Below are positions 34,301 to 46,200 of a DNA stretch of 64,000 bases, piece by piece. A program made the position numbers and the translations under genes. The notes beneath the pieces are model-generated. The model did no database searches and was not told where the DNA came from. It worked only from the letters and a program-made list of their open reading frames with translations. Each line of letters starts with the position of its first letter. The first letter of the stretch is position 1. This DNA is from Azolla caroliniana (Eukaryota; Plantae; Polypodiophyta). The stretch spans positions 17,236,001 to 17,300,000 of the forward strand of contig JBHGNT010000007.1 in assembly GCA_043228905.1 (NCBI GenBank). Direction: 5' to 3'.

Positions 34301-34933
34301 TCGTGTTGTGGCCGACCACCTCTTATCATGTTGTCGGCACACCCGTTCTACTTCGGGCCACTCCTCGGTGAGACCATGCGCCCCATAATCGTCTTGAAGC
34401 TCGAACATGATGTCCATCCTCTCCTCATGATGGACCGTCTTCAAAAATAGGAGGACTTTGTCCGCCCCCACCGATCTCCGTTCCCACTCCGAGAGTTGAG
34501 AGAAACGACGCTCGAACTCTCGGAATGCCTCCATTGCGCCCCGATGGTGCCTCGCCGACGCCGCCCACCGTTCGAACTCTTGTCGGCCTCTTCCTTCCGG
34601 CTCCGCGTACCCGTACGCTTCCAATAGGGCTCCCTCGAAGGACACCCACGACTCATGAGCTTCCCGGAGCTCCTTGACCTCCTCGTACCTTGATATGGCC
34701 GCCACCTGACAAAAGAAATCTAGCCGCATTGCTTCGTCCACATCCCACTCCGTCATCTCAACATTGTAGGCTCTCAAAAATTTTGGGACATCGTCCCCGT
34801 TGAACCGGCCGACTCGATCGACCACCCTCTCGACTGCTCGTTGTGCCGCTTCTCGCTTCGCCTTCTTCCGTCGCGCCTCCATCATGATCTTTGCCACCAT
34901 TTCCTCGAAGTCAAAGTCTTCTTCCATCTCCAT
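31340..34933 (-). CDS. Gag-like protein (~1197 aa): capsid-like N-terminus + internally repeated acidic/Gly-rich region + Arg-rich tail
   Basis: Uninterrupted ORF from the first ATG after the PBS into the 3' LTR. Roughly aa 40-215 align with gag of element D (VGRFNGDDVPKFLRAY vs IGHFGGKDATSYLEAY; GLTEEWPEVERVCRQHDKR vs GLTAD*AVVKWVCSRFDKR). Confidence 0.8.
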   Translation of the reverse strand: MEMEEDFDFEEMVAKIMMEARRKKAKREAAQRAVERVVDRVGRFNGDDVPKFLRAYNVEMTEWDVDEAMRLDFFCQVAAISRYEEVKELREAHESWVSFEGALLEAYGYAEPEGRGRQEFERWAASARHHRGAMEAFREFERRFSQLSEWERRSVGADKVLLFLKTVHHEERMDIMFELQDDYGAHGLTEEWPEVERVCRQHDKRWSATTRPASGGEERAVGGYTPPPEESSMHDQPEECDFEALVWEACEIVTAKIEAGRAYDGDMGEGAEQATLLPCGEATAMEAGNYGFGTRWPETSSREETSVGVATFHTPILEASAVGPSAGTRPRATDGGGGKADNRDEDETGEEEAAASILDACETEDGVATDDDVRMEVATDERSGGVATFHTPVLETPAPGPRAGERPRVTDGGGGKAGNRNDDDTGEGAERASLSSCGEWTAKDEAGDYKAESATSKVGGRFGARRPKTSSGEEASGGAATFHTPALEASAVGPSAGARPRTTGGGGGKAGKQNDAENGEEEVVASILEAYGIGDGGAADNDVRTKAATETTSGGAGSLPTPILEAPMAGPSAGMRLSATGGDGGKAGNGNEKEDWSGRRQDPLTPGPETSAVVLECQHETGEMGGDREEVRPGESAYEDEYAGPGMGVYGGSDGEDRSGNEERVGNRPDQNTARKKKRVRAGEPGPNRRKPARPIGRLRLRLRLRWEPVSARWRLTGHDDHGSGEKRKQTRPSIPTLETAAVADQHKTGETAGGGEESEAGAYEVTGTDIRYEMVDGWVQDGEPVSERATATKEEKTDTEVGSTAEERDEMHAIRPMEGQDTSMPTKEPHRATEDDCRITPSRGEHEEEGGGDETWHDAREDWWEEVAYGEAKTGGHEDKAREGSSTPAIETPTVGASADERPRVADGGGEGTKATTDEGTERGIREVAENEDVCAQKNEHDITKDVCGRGGQEGQEGVPPSETEVGEERYLSERVREEERNAKRAMRPHEGQATSTGTMVCSTAREHGKQREGEKCVMGSSKDRSTSTHSEDNTDVRGKPTEGKRGARRVGTTRCAARKRRIRRICEADKGSATAFGRTERGGKRGHRIWRSECSRWFEEARWTWRIRWRQRLGEHRRVWRIGCSRRFETIRRRWWAGRRRWFVWTGWTCSKWKTKPGKPTRLPRARLAALAENLAFCPLLAHTGGCAVRWGRMS

Positions 34934-34949
34934 GCTCCCTTGCCGCCTC

Positions 34950-34967
34950 TTCACGTCGGGTTCACCA
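34950..34967 (-). promoter_or_regulatory. Primer-binding site complementary to tRNA-Trp 3' end
   Basis: Plus strand TTCACGTCGGGTTCACCA equals the plant tRNA-Trp 3' end + CCA (recalled sequence). Confidence 0.85.
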
Positions 34968-35831
34968 AAGATGTCGCGATGTTTCGCACTTGCGTGTAGA
35001 TCCGAGGCGGGACCACGGGGGTCTCGGACTAGGAAGTGGAGGAGGAAGATTAAGACCTCGTAAGGAATACTAGCTCGAGAGAGAAGAGAATGGATATGAC
35101 ATTATGATAGAAGAAGAAGAAGAAGATGGAGCCAAGATACTCAACAAGAAGTTCTATTAAGGAATGAATACAACAATGGTGGCCGCATAGGCCGCACCAA
35201 ATGACACAAGAAACCCTAGCTAAGGAACCCTAAACGAAACCCTAACCCTAAAACGAAATGGTATACCTCACTCACACTCAAAAATAAGGCAACCCCCACA
35301 ATGGTGCTCTTCCTCTCCTTTTATAACACAAGGAGAGAAGACCGTTTACAAAAAGGGTGCTACAAAATATCCCCTTTCAATCAATGGGGATATTTCCCTT
35401 GATTTTAGGGGAGGTGGGAAGGATGGGTCTTAACTCCCACCTCTACACGAACTACTATGTACCTATCTCTCTCTCTCACGTGGATGTGCGCGCAAAAGCA
35501 CATCACCTTTACACTTTACAAATCCTAAGGTGCATTTCTAGCACCATACTTATCACTATCGATAAATAGAAATACAACATGTTGATGTGCAACGTTGCAC
35601 ATCGCGGGTTTGCTTGCTTCGCTCGGGTTTCCGCCTACGGACGAAAATCTTCACGACACCGGAGAGAGATCCGGATGCGGGGACATATTTGTGAATATGT
35701 TTGCCAAGGGCCCCTTGAGGCTATATTTGTAAATAGCCCGAAAGTCATATGTGTATAAATATGACTTAGGGCAAACAGTTTGTTGTTGTTGCTCATTTTC
35801 TGTTTTCACTTAGAGAGAGTGAAGAGAGCAG

Positions 35832-35878
<47 letters not shown>

Positions 35879-36819
35879 GAGGAGGTCGTTGCCTCTGTGT
35901 ATTACCGCCGCCTGTGGCGAAGACAGTGAGCTCAAGGTTGTTGCCTTGAAGCTTCACCATTGTACATCTCTGTTCATAGTGATAGTTGGAGTTTGAGGAC
36001 TCCCGTGGTTTTTTCCCATTTAGGGTTTTCCACGTATAAATATCCTGTGTACTCTTCTCTCTATTGTCTTCGTGTACTTTGTATTTCCTATTTTCTGTGA
36101 GTTGATCCTATTCCTCGGTTGTGGCCGAGCACCGTGTGCAACACATTATACTACACATGTTGCACCTAACTACAAAACTATATTCTTTGCGGAACGGGGA
36201 AATCATACACATCCATACATGTTAGAGCCCATACCATTATCTGCCATTTGAACCATTGCTTCCATGCGACTTAGCTCACATGCATTGCGATGTGAAACAG
36301 GGCGGTTGGGCACAAGTGATGAGAGTGGTCGGCTATGCACACTTTGCCCTAAACAAGTTTGCAAGTCTGAGTATTACACTTTGATACAATGCTTTGCTTT
36401 TGATCATATTCGACCATGCTTTCCACATCTCTTCGATCGAGCCCAATCTTTGCATGAATTCCTCTCACAACCACAATGTGCACTCTCGATTGCAACATTC
36501 ATTGGTAAAGTTCTTGAACATCGAGAGTCACTACTCACTTCCACACGTATCCCGTGAAATGTAATATTTTTGGTCTCATAGGTCATATTTGACCTCCGAA
36601 GACGATAATATAATCTATCTATCTATCTATCTCTCCGTCTCGTGAGTTCAACACCATCTTTTCTTCTTAAGTACTCATAGTACTCATCCTCATCTACCCC
36701 TAGTACTAATTCCCTCTCCATCTTTCGTACTATTCCTAAAAGTTTGAACCAAATTTCTCTATCTTCTTACTCCTCCCTCCCTTCATACCAATCCTCTTAT
36801 CCCTCCTCCCTCCAATACT

Positions 36820-38985
36820 ATGGCAACAGTTAGCGCTCAAGAATATCAATCCGTTTTCTCAGAGCTGTAATGCTTGAAAGAAAGGTTTGTCGCATTGGAA
36901 CAAGAAAATCAACGAATGTTGGGAGATCTTTAACAAATCTCTTTAGAAAAGCAGCAAACACAACAACAACATGGGGAGCTAGCGTTACACGTGCAACAAC
37001 TTGAAACAACTATTGTAGCATTGCAAGAACAAGGACCAAGTACTCAAGGGATTCATAAAGAGCCCAAGATCGGCCTTCCTATAAATTTTGATGGAACGTG
37101 ATCACAGTTCAGAGGATTCCTTTATCAAGTACAATTAGTCATTCAAATGCATCCTTCCTGATATCCACCGATGCATCACGAGTGGGTCTAGTAGGCACGT
37201 TGTTGAGCGACTTAGCTTTGGCATGGTTCGCTTCGTTGTTAGAAAAAATATCTCCATTACTAAATAATTTTGAGGAGTTTAAATGCGAGTTTAAAGCTTG
37301 TTTTGGAGATTCTGATAGCATAAGGACGACGATCAACAAAATCTAACGATTACGTCAAGGTGATCGTCCAATCTCCGCTTACGATGTAGATTTCCATCTA
37401 CTCGCCTTCGATATACCTTGGGATGATCAAGCATTGATGGAGCAATTTTGATACGGCCTATGAAATGATGTCAAAGACTTACTCCTAACTTTTCCGGAAG
37501 AACCAAAATCGCTCACAGAGGCAATCAATCGAGCGGTACGATGTGATAACCGGCTTTTCGAGCGACGTTCGGAACGCCAGGTACAAATGCCAAGGACCAG
37601 GTCGGAGCCCACATACGCCTCGGTCGTAGCATAACTATTTGCAAGGGAATCATATAATGCATGTCCGGCAAATACTCCAACATTGATGGAAATCGACACC
37701 ACACGTCGTCGTGAACCATTTTCAACAGAAGAAAAGCAATGATGCCAAGCAAATCTATTATATCTTTATTGTGGAGGACCAAGGCATATTGTAGTAAACT
37801 GTCCACATAGGCCAAGAAGACAAGTAAATCAAATAGTAGCTTGTACTAAACCTGAGTCTATTTCAGTAGGATTGTTTGATAGTCCTCATAGTCCTAATAG
37901 CCCAAGTCTATCGAACAAATTTGAAGTCCTTAGTTAGTTAGAAGAAGAGTTAAACAACTAAGTCCAGCTAAAATAGGAGTTGTTTGGTTGGATAGTCCTA
38001 GATCTGTGCAACCCATTAATGGTTCCATTCCCTCTAAGCAAGTTAACAGTGCGTTCTTAGCTCAAGTAACAGTTAGTACTAAAAGTACCCCTCCAATACA
38101 TATCTTAGCACTCTTAGATTCCGGAGCCAATTCTTGCTTCATGGATAGGAATTTTGTCCAAGCTCATTAGATATCTCTAAAAAAGATTCCTTGCCTAGCA
38201 TCTGTAATAGTCATTGACGGTCACCCCATTGCTTCCGGAAATATTGTAGAAGAGTCAGAGCCAATTCAGGTTGTCCTAGATAATTTGGTGTGTGTAGTAT
38301 CATTTAATATAATTAGTAGTCCAGAGCATCCAATTGTCTTGGGGTTACCATGGTTCGAATTATATAACCCAGACATAGATCGGAGAACAAGAGAAATCCG
38401 GTATCGACAAACCCGAGGATCTACTCATCGAATTTCAACCATTTCGCTACATCAATTGCATGAGGAAGGACGCAAGGAATCAATGTTTGTATTCGCGGTA
38501 TCAAATAAAACCTTCCAACACCGCTAAAGAGAAATCCATAGTTCAACTTCTAGAGAAGTATTGTCATTATGCCGACGTGTTTGATAAGGTACAAGCCAAT
38601 ACTCTTCCTCACCATTGACCGTATGATTGTTCCATTGATTTATAACCAGGAAAAACGCCACCATGGGGACCGATCTACAACTTGTCACCAACTGAGCTAG
38701 AAGTCCTTCGAGCCTACATAGATGAAAATTTGGCAAACGGGATCATTTGATATTCGAAATCTCCAACCGATGCACCTATTTTCTTTGTCAAGAAAAAGGA
38801 TGGTTCACTTCGTCACTTCATCTCATCGTCGATTATCGTGGCTTGAATAAGGTCAGCATCAGGAATATGTATGCACTTCCCCTTATCTCGAGTCTTTTAG
38901 AATAGATTAATGGTGCAAATTTCTTCACAAAGATTGACTTACGAGGAGCATATAACCTCGTACAGATTCGATCGGGCGATGAATG
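36820..38985 (+). pseudogene. gypsy C gag-protease-N-terminal RT (many stops)
   Basis: KEPKIGLP.KFDG, ALAWF, LLDSGANSCF, PIFFVKKKDGSLR, DYRGLNK and FTKIDLRGAYNL are Tf1/sushi/Tcn1-type motifs. Confidence 0.88.
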
Positions 38986-40245
38986 AGTGAATGTTATTGT
39001 GCAGAAGCGTTAGACAGAACCGGCTTAGCCGGATAGCAACAGAAAATGGGATGAAGGTTTAATGGAAAAGCTTAAAACACAAAGGAGACAGAGAGAGCAG
39101 AACATAAAACTATATTAAAAAATTAACTCTAAAACTCTGTACATACAACGTTCTAAACAACACTATTTATACAAGTCCATAAAGGACTGACAGAAGTATT
39201 GACAGGTACTTCAATGCTCACACGTGCGACTGACACTAACTACAAGACAATGATTACCTAGTAATATAGGCTACTACTAGGCTTCCGGTTCGCACTCGAA
39301 TACGGCTCCCCAATCTAGCCGGTTGTTTCTAGATACCATCCGGATATCGATTCGGCTCATCCTTCTGGATGTCGATCCGGCTCAGGCTTATTCAGCCGAT
39401 CTGGATCCGGTTGAGCTTGCTCGCTCAACACTCCCCCTCAAGCTCAACTTGAGGTCGGATCGTGGTGTTAGTGTCCGCAACAACCGGTTCTTCTACCCGG
39501 CTTCTTCTGGCGTTGCTCCGCCTCGTTCACGTTCCTCATCCGGTCCGGTCTTGTTTGCCGCGACCCTTCTGGTTCTGTGCACGTTGACCTCCTCGGTCGG
39601 CTTGTGTGCTCAATAGTCCCATTTCAGCTCCCTCGTTGTTGTGACTTCAGCGCTTGTCGACCCGTCGGTTCCTTTGTGTTGGCGTCGACTTCCGTTGCGT
39701 CCGTGTCCGCTTGGCCTTTAGTTCATCCGGCTTCTCCGAATCTTGAACCAAATCGTTTTCCTCCGATTCGTTCTAGCTCTTGTACGAGTCGGTGTTCTCC
39801 AACTCGTCTTCTGGTTTCAGGCCCTTCACCACACCGGACCACGCCCGGGTCTTGGCCATTTTCTTCCAGCCGGCTCTGTCCTTCTTGATTCTGCCGCCAC
39901 TGCCGCTTGTTCCGACCTTTTCGGATGTGCCGACTACTTCGGTCGGCTCGGCTTCCTTTTTCCTTTTGTCTCCCCCTTTGTTGGTTTTTTCTTCCTCTCC
40001 GGCTCCTTGTCCGGTGCCATCCGTTCCCTTTCCTTTTCTCCCCTTCAAGTGCGGCACGTCGAGATGCTGAACACCAAGCATTTCGGTGAAGTGCTCCAAC
40101 TTGTCCAATCTGAGCGGTTTGGTGAAGATATCGGCAATTTGTGGATCCGTCTGAACATACCGAAGTTCAACTTCACCGCTCAAAACCTGCTCACGCACAA
40201 AGTGATAGTGAACTTCTATGTGCTTCATCCGAGCATGGAACACGC

Positions 40246-43200
40246 TGTCGCGTTGTTACACGCGTGCGTGTAGAAGGGGCGGGACCATGGGGGTCTTGAA
40301 CCGAGGAGCGAGAGAGAGAGAGAGCGAGAGAGATTTGTAGATACGCGGAGCGAGAAGGAGAGATATAGAACGTAACACTTGATTTCAATAACAAGAGATT
40401 ACAATAACAAGAGGTTACAAGAGAATACGACTCTGACGGTTACAACCAACAAGGCGGCGATGGACCTGACCTGGGGATCCTACTCACACACACAGACAAC
40501 ACTCGCTCGACTCCCAGAAACAAAACAAACGGGGAAAGACTCTGCTGGAAGCACATGGGCTGTCCACGAAGTAGAGGCAGCGAGCTCCCGACCCACAGAG
40601 ACCAACGGCCGGAGGAGAAAAGAGAGCTCGGCCCTCAGATCTGCAGCAGTAGTTCGTCCTCCCTAGCGTGCGATATCCCCCTCTCCCCTCTCTCTTCTCC
40701 TTTTTATATCCCCATCCCCTTGTCAATTCGCTTTATTCCTTGTCCCTCCTGACAGAGATACGCACAATCCCCTAATAAATGTGTACTACTTAGTATTTAC
40801 ATCCACCGATCCATTTATGAATCGTGTACAAAATATCAAGTCACGCGTCCATCCGTGTAAGAGCCGGTTCATGAGCTTTTCTCTCTGATTCCGCCTATGG
40901 CCGGTTTTCTTCACGACATCCACCCCCACCAAACCGCGCATCCACCGGCATGTGCCAGAGACGGGTAGATACCGAAGAAAACCGGCCTCACTCATTGCTC
41001 TCCGATTCTCCATCGGGCCCGAACTGATCGTCGTTGTCGCTCCGGCTCGCAGGCTCCGGCTCGTCTTTGAAGCGCTTCTTGAACGCTTTGATCCGCTTCT
41101 CAGCCACCGGCACTGCTAACCGTGTCCCGTCGAGTTTCGCGAGGTGGTACGTGCCGTTGTCGTTCGCGCTCGTCACCATGTAGGGCCCGAACCACCTCCT
41201 GGCAAACTTTCGCACCGCCTTGTGCTGATTGTCGAGGCTGTTGTCGTATACCAAGACCCAGTTGCCTTCCTCGATCTTCTTTGGTCGCAATCGGTGCGTC
41301 CGATTGAACCGGGTCTTGTTCCACTCCCTTGCCGCCCGCAGCTTTTCCTTCGCCTGTTTCACGACCTTCGGCCTCCGCTCGAGTTGCCGGATCCACGCCG
41401 CCAGCAAGTTCTCCCGGCTCATTTCGTCCTTCCAATCTACTGCCGCCCATGAAGAAACCGTCTGTTCCACCGGCATGATCGGCTTCTTTCTGTACATCAG
41501 CTCTGCCGACATAAACCCTGTCACCGAATTGTGCGTAGTTCGGTCCGCCCATAGTGCGTAAGGAAGGAGCCGTAACCAATTCTCGGCCTACCCTCCGCAT
41601 GCACGCACCAACGCCTTTACGATAGGCCCGTGCCCACGTTCTACCTTTCCGTTCACCTCCGGATTGTACGTCGTAGTGAGGGAGAGTTTGACGCCTAGCC
41701 GGTTGAACAGCTCCTCAGCTTCCCCTGCATCCAGCTCTCCCCGGTCCGCCACGATCTTCCCGACGCACCCGTACCGACACACTACCTCTTCGATCAGGAA
41801 TCGGCATACCGCTACGGTTGTCTTGTTCTGCAGTGCACGGCCTTTCACCTAGTTCGTTAAGTCTTCTCGTGCAAGCACCAGGTATCACATCTGCCCTACT
41901 CCCATCGGCATCGTCACCAAGTCTACCATCCACTTGAAATGGACCGTAGGCAGGTAGGTCGGGTGTAGCTTGTCCCGGTGTCGGACTATGGAGTGCCTCT
42001 GACAGCTTTCACAAGTCGTTACGAACCAATGCACGTCCTGGTACAGCCCCGGCCACTAGTACTTCTCCTTCAGCTTCTCGAACGTGGCCCACGTTCCGCA
42101 GTGTCTGGCCCAGGGGCTCTCGTGAAATGCCGCCAGTAGTTCCTCTTGTTCTTCTTTCTTTGTCACTACTCGGAGCGGGATGTTGTTTCTCTTCTTTGGG
42201 TGCCTCCATATGCACTTGTCCCGCAAGAAGAATTGGTATGCCTTCTTCCGTACCCGGCTCACCTCTTCTCTCGTCCATGCTGCGTCCGGCATCATCGTCC
42301 GTAGGAACCTCCCGATTTGGAGCCACTCCCTATCGTACCTGCTTTCGTCAAATTCGTTAAGCGCCGGAGTGTCCCTTTCCCTCGTCGCTACGTTAGCCGT
42401 CCCGAAGAAGTCTTCGCCGACTTCTTCGTTATTCGAAACCATGCCGTCTTCGTCGTTGAACCTTGCTGTCGAAAGCATGTCGGCCATGCCGTTGTCCTTT
42501 CCGGAGATGTGTCGTAACTCTGGGTTCAGGGACTTAATGTATGCTATCCACCGGAGCATTGCTAGGTCCGGTGTCGCGCATCCGGAAACCATGCCGAGTA
42601 TCGGTAGGCAGTCCGTCTCGATGATCACCTCCGTCCTGATCAGGTAGTCCTTGTCGGCCTTGACTGCCGAAACGATACCCCAAAGCTCGCGCTTAACTTG
42701 GGCGTATCCTCGTTGCCGGTCTCTCAATACCTTCGCCCCGAACCGAATCGGGAATCGTACGCCGTCCTTGTCCTCCTGACTGATCACCCGCCCGATCCCG
42801 GTCGGGCTCGTGTCCACCGTCACGCAAATGGGGACATCCTTGCCGTAAACCGCTTTACGGAGAGCCAACGCTACGGTAACAGCCTCCTTTAGTCTCCGTA
42901 CCGACTCCGTGTGCTCCGTCCTCCACTCAAAGCTACGCCCCTTTTTCAATAGTCCGTAGAGGGGTTCCGCGACATGCGCGTAGTGCGGGATCCAGATGCG
43001 GTAGAATGCGCATGCTCCCAAGAATCTGCGGACCTTCGTGACCGAATTGCAGTCATGCTTCATCGCGGAGATGGCTTCCACCTTGGCCGGAGACGGTTTC
43101 CGACCGTATGGTCCGCATAGGTGCCCGACGACCATGATCTCTGATCACCCGAAGGCCGATTTTTCCCTGGAGAAGGTGAGCCTCGCGCCTTCTAGTCTCT

Positions 43201-46200
43201 GCAGCACCTTCTCGTAGTCATCAATGTGAGTCGCCACGAAATTCCGGCATCCGTCCGGTCCGATTGTCTCGTTCCTTTCCTCCACCGGGCATCCCCTAAT
43301 CGGGATGTCGTCTAAGAATGGCATGGTGATGTCCGGGATACAATCCTTGAGCACTATGTTCATCGCGTTCACCATGTAAGTCATCGAGTTCGTCCCTCCT
43401 TGCGGTAGGGTACACATCCGCACTAGGCCGAGAGGAATCCGCATCGTCGTAATGTCCCTGCTCTCCACGGCTAGTTGAAACTGATCATACCCCGAGTACA
43501 GATCACTGACAGAGTAAATCGACCTTCCGGCGAAGGCCTCCGTGAACTCGTCTATGGTCGGTCCGATTCCTGCATTCTGAATGGTCACATTGTTGACCGG
43601 CTGCAGGTCTTGAATAAAGCACAGTGTGTCGTTCTTCTTTGGCACTGTAAACCACCGATTCGAATACGGGGCACTCGACGGTTCGAGGATGCCCATCTAC
43701 ACCTTTTGCTTTAGGAGCTCCATCAACTTCGGGATGTGAGCTCTCGGCACCGGAATCGGCTTGAGATTCTATGGTACATGCGATATCGTGAAGATCATCA
43801 TCGGTTCGACAACTGTCGCATCTACGCACCCGATCTCCCCTAGTGAGAATGCGAAAGCCTTCCCGTGTCTCCCGAGCATTCTCCGAAACCGGTCCTCCTC
43901 CGCCGGCAGTAGAAAGCCGCCCCCACCGACCTTGTCGGTGAACCGGTGCCCTATGCCAGCTGGGTTCCGTAAACTTGGGTCCGACGCGACCCCTTTTATC
44001 CGCTCCTCGCTGCCCTCCGGCAAGGGTGCCGCGACTGGCCTCACCTTCCGGTTCACAGTCTTGTACTTTGTATCCACACGGACCGTCTGATCTGACCCGA
44101 TCCTTTCCCCGAAGTCCGCGATGACTTTGTACATTCCCATTGAACTAACCGGAACAGTCTAGTCTTCTCTAAGGTCTTCACCGCTCACCTTCTGCAACTC
44201 GCCCAAGGTGTCGTCAAAAGAGACCGCCTCCATGGCGCCGCTGATTTCTTCGTCGGGGGAGAGGACTCCGCATCCCTTGAACTACTCCTCCGCTCGTTTC
44301 CTCTCCCTGCCGCTAACGTCGGCCATAGTACAACCTCCGTTGTCAGAGAACCAAAATTTCCTACCTATGGTACAGGTCTTCTTCTCTACTGTACATTTGT
44401 AGGGTTTCTTCGGGGTGTCCGGACTATCGCGGCCCCACGTCTTGATAGCCCTCTCTAAAAATCCCCTCGGGTTTCGCCGACAAGGGCCTCGCAGTTACGC
44501 TCATGGTTTGGTCGCACCGTCAGGAACTGGACCGAGTGACGCCCGTCTTGGCTCTTGACTCTTGGATAGGCCAAACCGTTGTCCAGCACCTTGGTCTCCA
44601 TCCGTGCTGCCATGATGTATGGCTCTCCTAGTATAACCGGATGCGAGGACGTCTCCTGCACGAAGAAGTGTTGGTCGATCTCGACGTCACCGATTTTCAC
44701 CCGTACGTTCGGACAGACCCCATGTAGTTCTTCCGTGGCACGCGTCGCTGCTCGTATCTTCCAGCCGTGCTTGGTGTTGATCAACCATTTACCCTTCTTG
44801 TAGAAAGCCATGGACATCAGGTTGATTTTGGACCCATGGTCTACCAACGCCACCACTGGTTCCAGGACATTGCCGATTCGTACAGGGGTTTCCGTAGTTG
44901 CCCTGGCCCAATGCGGCTTCGTGTAGTGGCTTCCCACCAACTCGTCTTCTAGGGCTTCGTCTTCCAAGTGCGTGGTCCGCACTTCCACCGGCTTCTCCGG
45001 TTCCGGCTCTGTCGAGAGCCTCTTCCGCTTCACCAAGTCTACGATAGAGTCGAGGAACTCCCTCTTGGCGATTCCCAGCACCTCCCGCAACAACAACTCC
45101 ACTTTACTGTCGAGGATCTGCTCTTCAAGGACCTTCCGTAGGTCCGTTGCTCTCTCGATTTCAGTGCTCAACCGAAACCATGCCTGCTTCTTCCCATCCG
45201 GCACACCTGGGTTGCTGGCACCGGCCGGTTTCGGTCCGAACCGGGTCTCGTACCTCTACAGGGGGCCGACCCCTCCAGCCTTTCCTGCCCATTTGTCTTC
45301 CACCAGAACCTTGTAGTTCTGGCAAGTGGCTTCTACGAAGCCCGTCTTCTCTTCGACCGGATCGTCCCAACCGGTGACCTCCTAGACCCATTGTTCCGCG
45401 CGGTCCGCCTCTTCTTTCTTCAGCCGAACTCCGGAGAGGCCTTCTAGCACTAGCAGCCAGAATCCAGAGTCCTTCGCCTTCCGGGTCTCATCACCCCCGA
45501 CCCAAATTCCCGCCGACACTGAGTAGTTAACAGCTTCGACGTGCCGTGTCGCGACCTCTTCCATCAACCTCTTCATTCCGCTGTGCCCCGTATTCAGTTC
45601 TAGGGCTCTCCGAGTCTCGCTCGCGTGCACCTGCTCGTTCCAGAGGTACACCACATTGGTCTTGAGCACGTCGGCGAAATCCGCGCAATCCTTCCGAATG
45701 TGACCGACCGCGTCACACCACATGCACCGCTGCCCAGCTGACGGCCTCCAGTCGTGAGGTTGTTCGCCGCTGTCTCTCCGGGCCTGTGCGATCTGCAGGT
45801 CGCGCACCATCTGTGTCAGCTCCTCCAGATGGGCCTCTGACCACGTCGTTCGATGCCGACCCCGACTCTGGCCAGATTCGGGTCTCTTCCTTCCTACCGG
45901 CCGGCACCGATACTGGCTCCTCGAACCTCCTCCCCGTGACCGGCCCCGACCCCGACCCCGACGAGCTTCCGTCGCTCCAATTGCGCCGTTTGTCGAAACG
46001 GCTGCAGACCCATTTTACCACAGCCTAGTCTGCCGTGAGCCCTTCGTCTGTTTCCAATAGGGGACCCACCTTTTCCCTGTCGAGCGCGTCCACCAACTTG
46101 ACAAACAATAGTACTCGACTTGTTTCGAGCACCGTCCGGTCCAGCGTCGACAGCCGCGCGAACCGTTTTTCAAACTCTTGGAGGAGCATCGACGTGTTCC

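Larger units (their letters stand above)
30661..35658 (-). mobile_element. Non-autonomous gag-only LTR retroelement G (TR-GAG-like), very young
   Basis: 687-bp LTRs at 30661-31347 and 34972-35658 look identical by eye. tRNA-Trp PBS, PPT AGGTGGGGGCGGA at rc 31348-31360, single ORF, no PR/RT/RH/INT motifs. Confidence 0.9.
30187..36143 (+). mobile_element. Solo LTR of a copia-B-related family, interrupted by element G
   Basis: TGTTGGGATTTTCGG...CAACA, homologous to rc of the copia B LTR; TSD CATTA at 30182-30186 and 36144-36148. Confidence 0.92.
29606..36632 (+). mobile_element. 5'-truncated LINE copy (29606-30186 + 36149-36632) inserted in the (CT)n tract of the C 5' LTR
   Basis: Highly similar to rc of 13026-14070, with a (TCTA)n tail. 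The empty site is visible in the 3' LTR at 59418-59464. Confidence 0.92.

Noticed and set aside
31284-34450. Plus-strand ORFs (347 aa, 274 aa, 206 aa) as antisense genes
   Set aside because: Shadow ORFs of a GC-rich minus-strand ORF with no recognisable motifs. The same applies to antisense ORFs in B, D, F and H.
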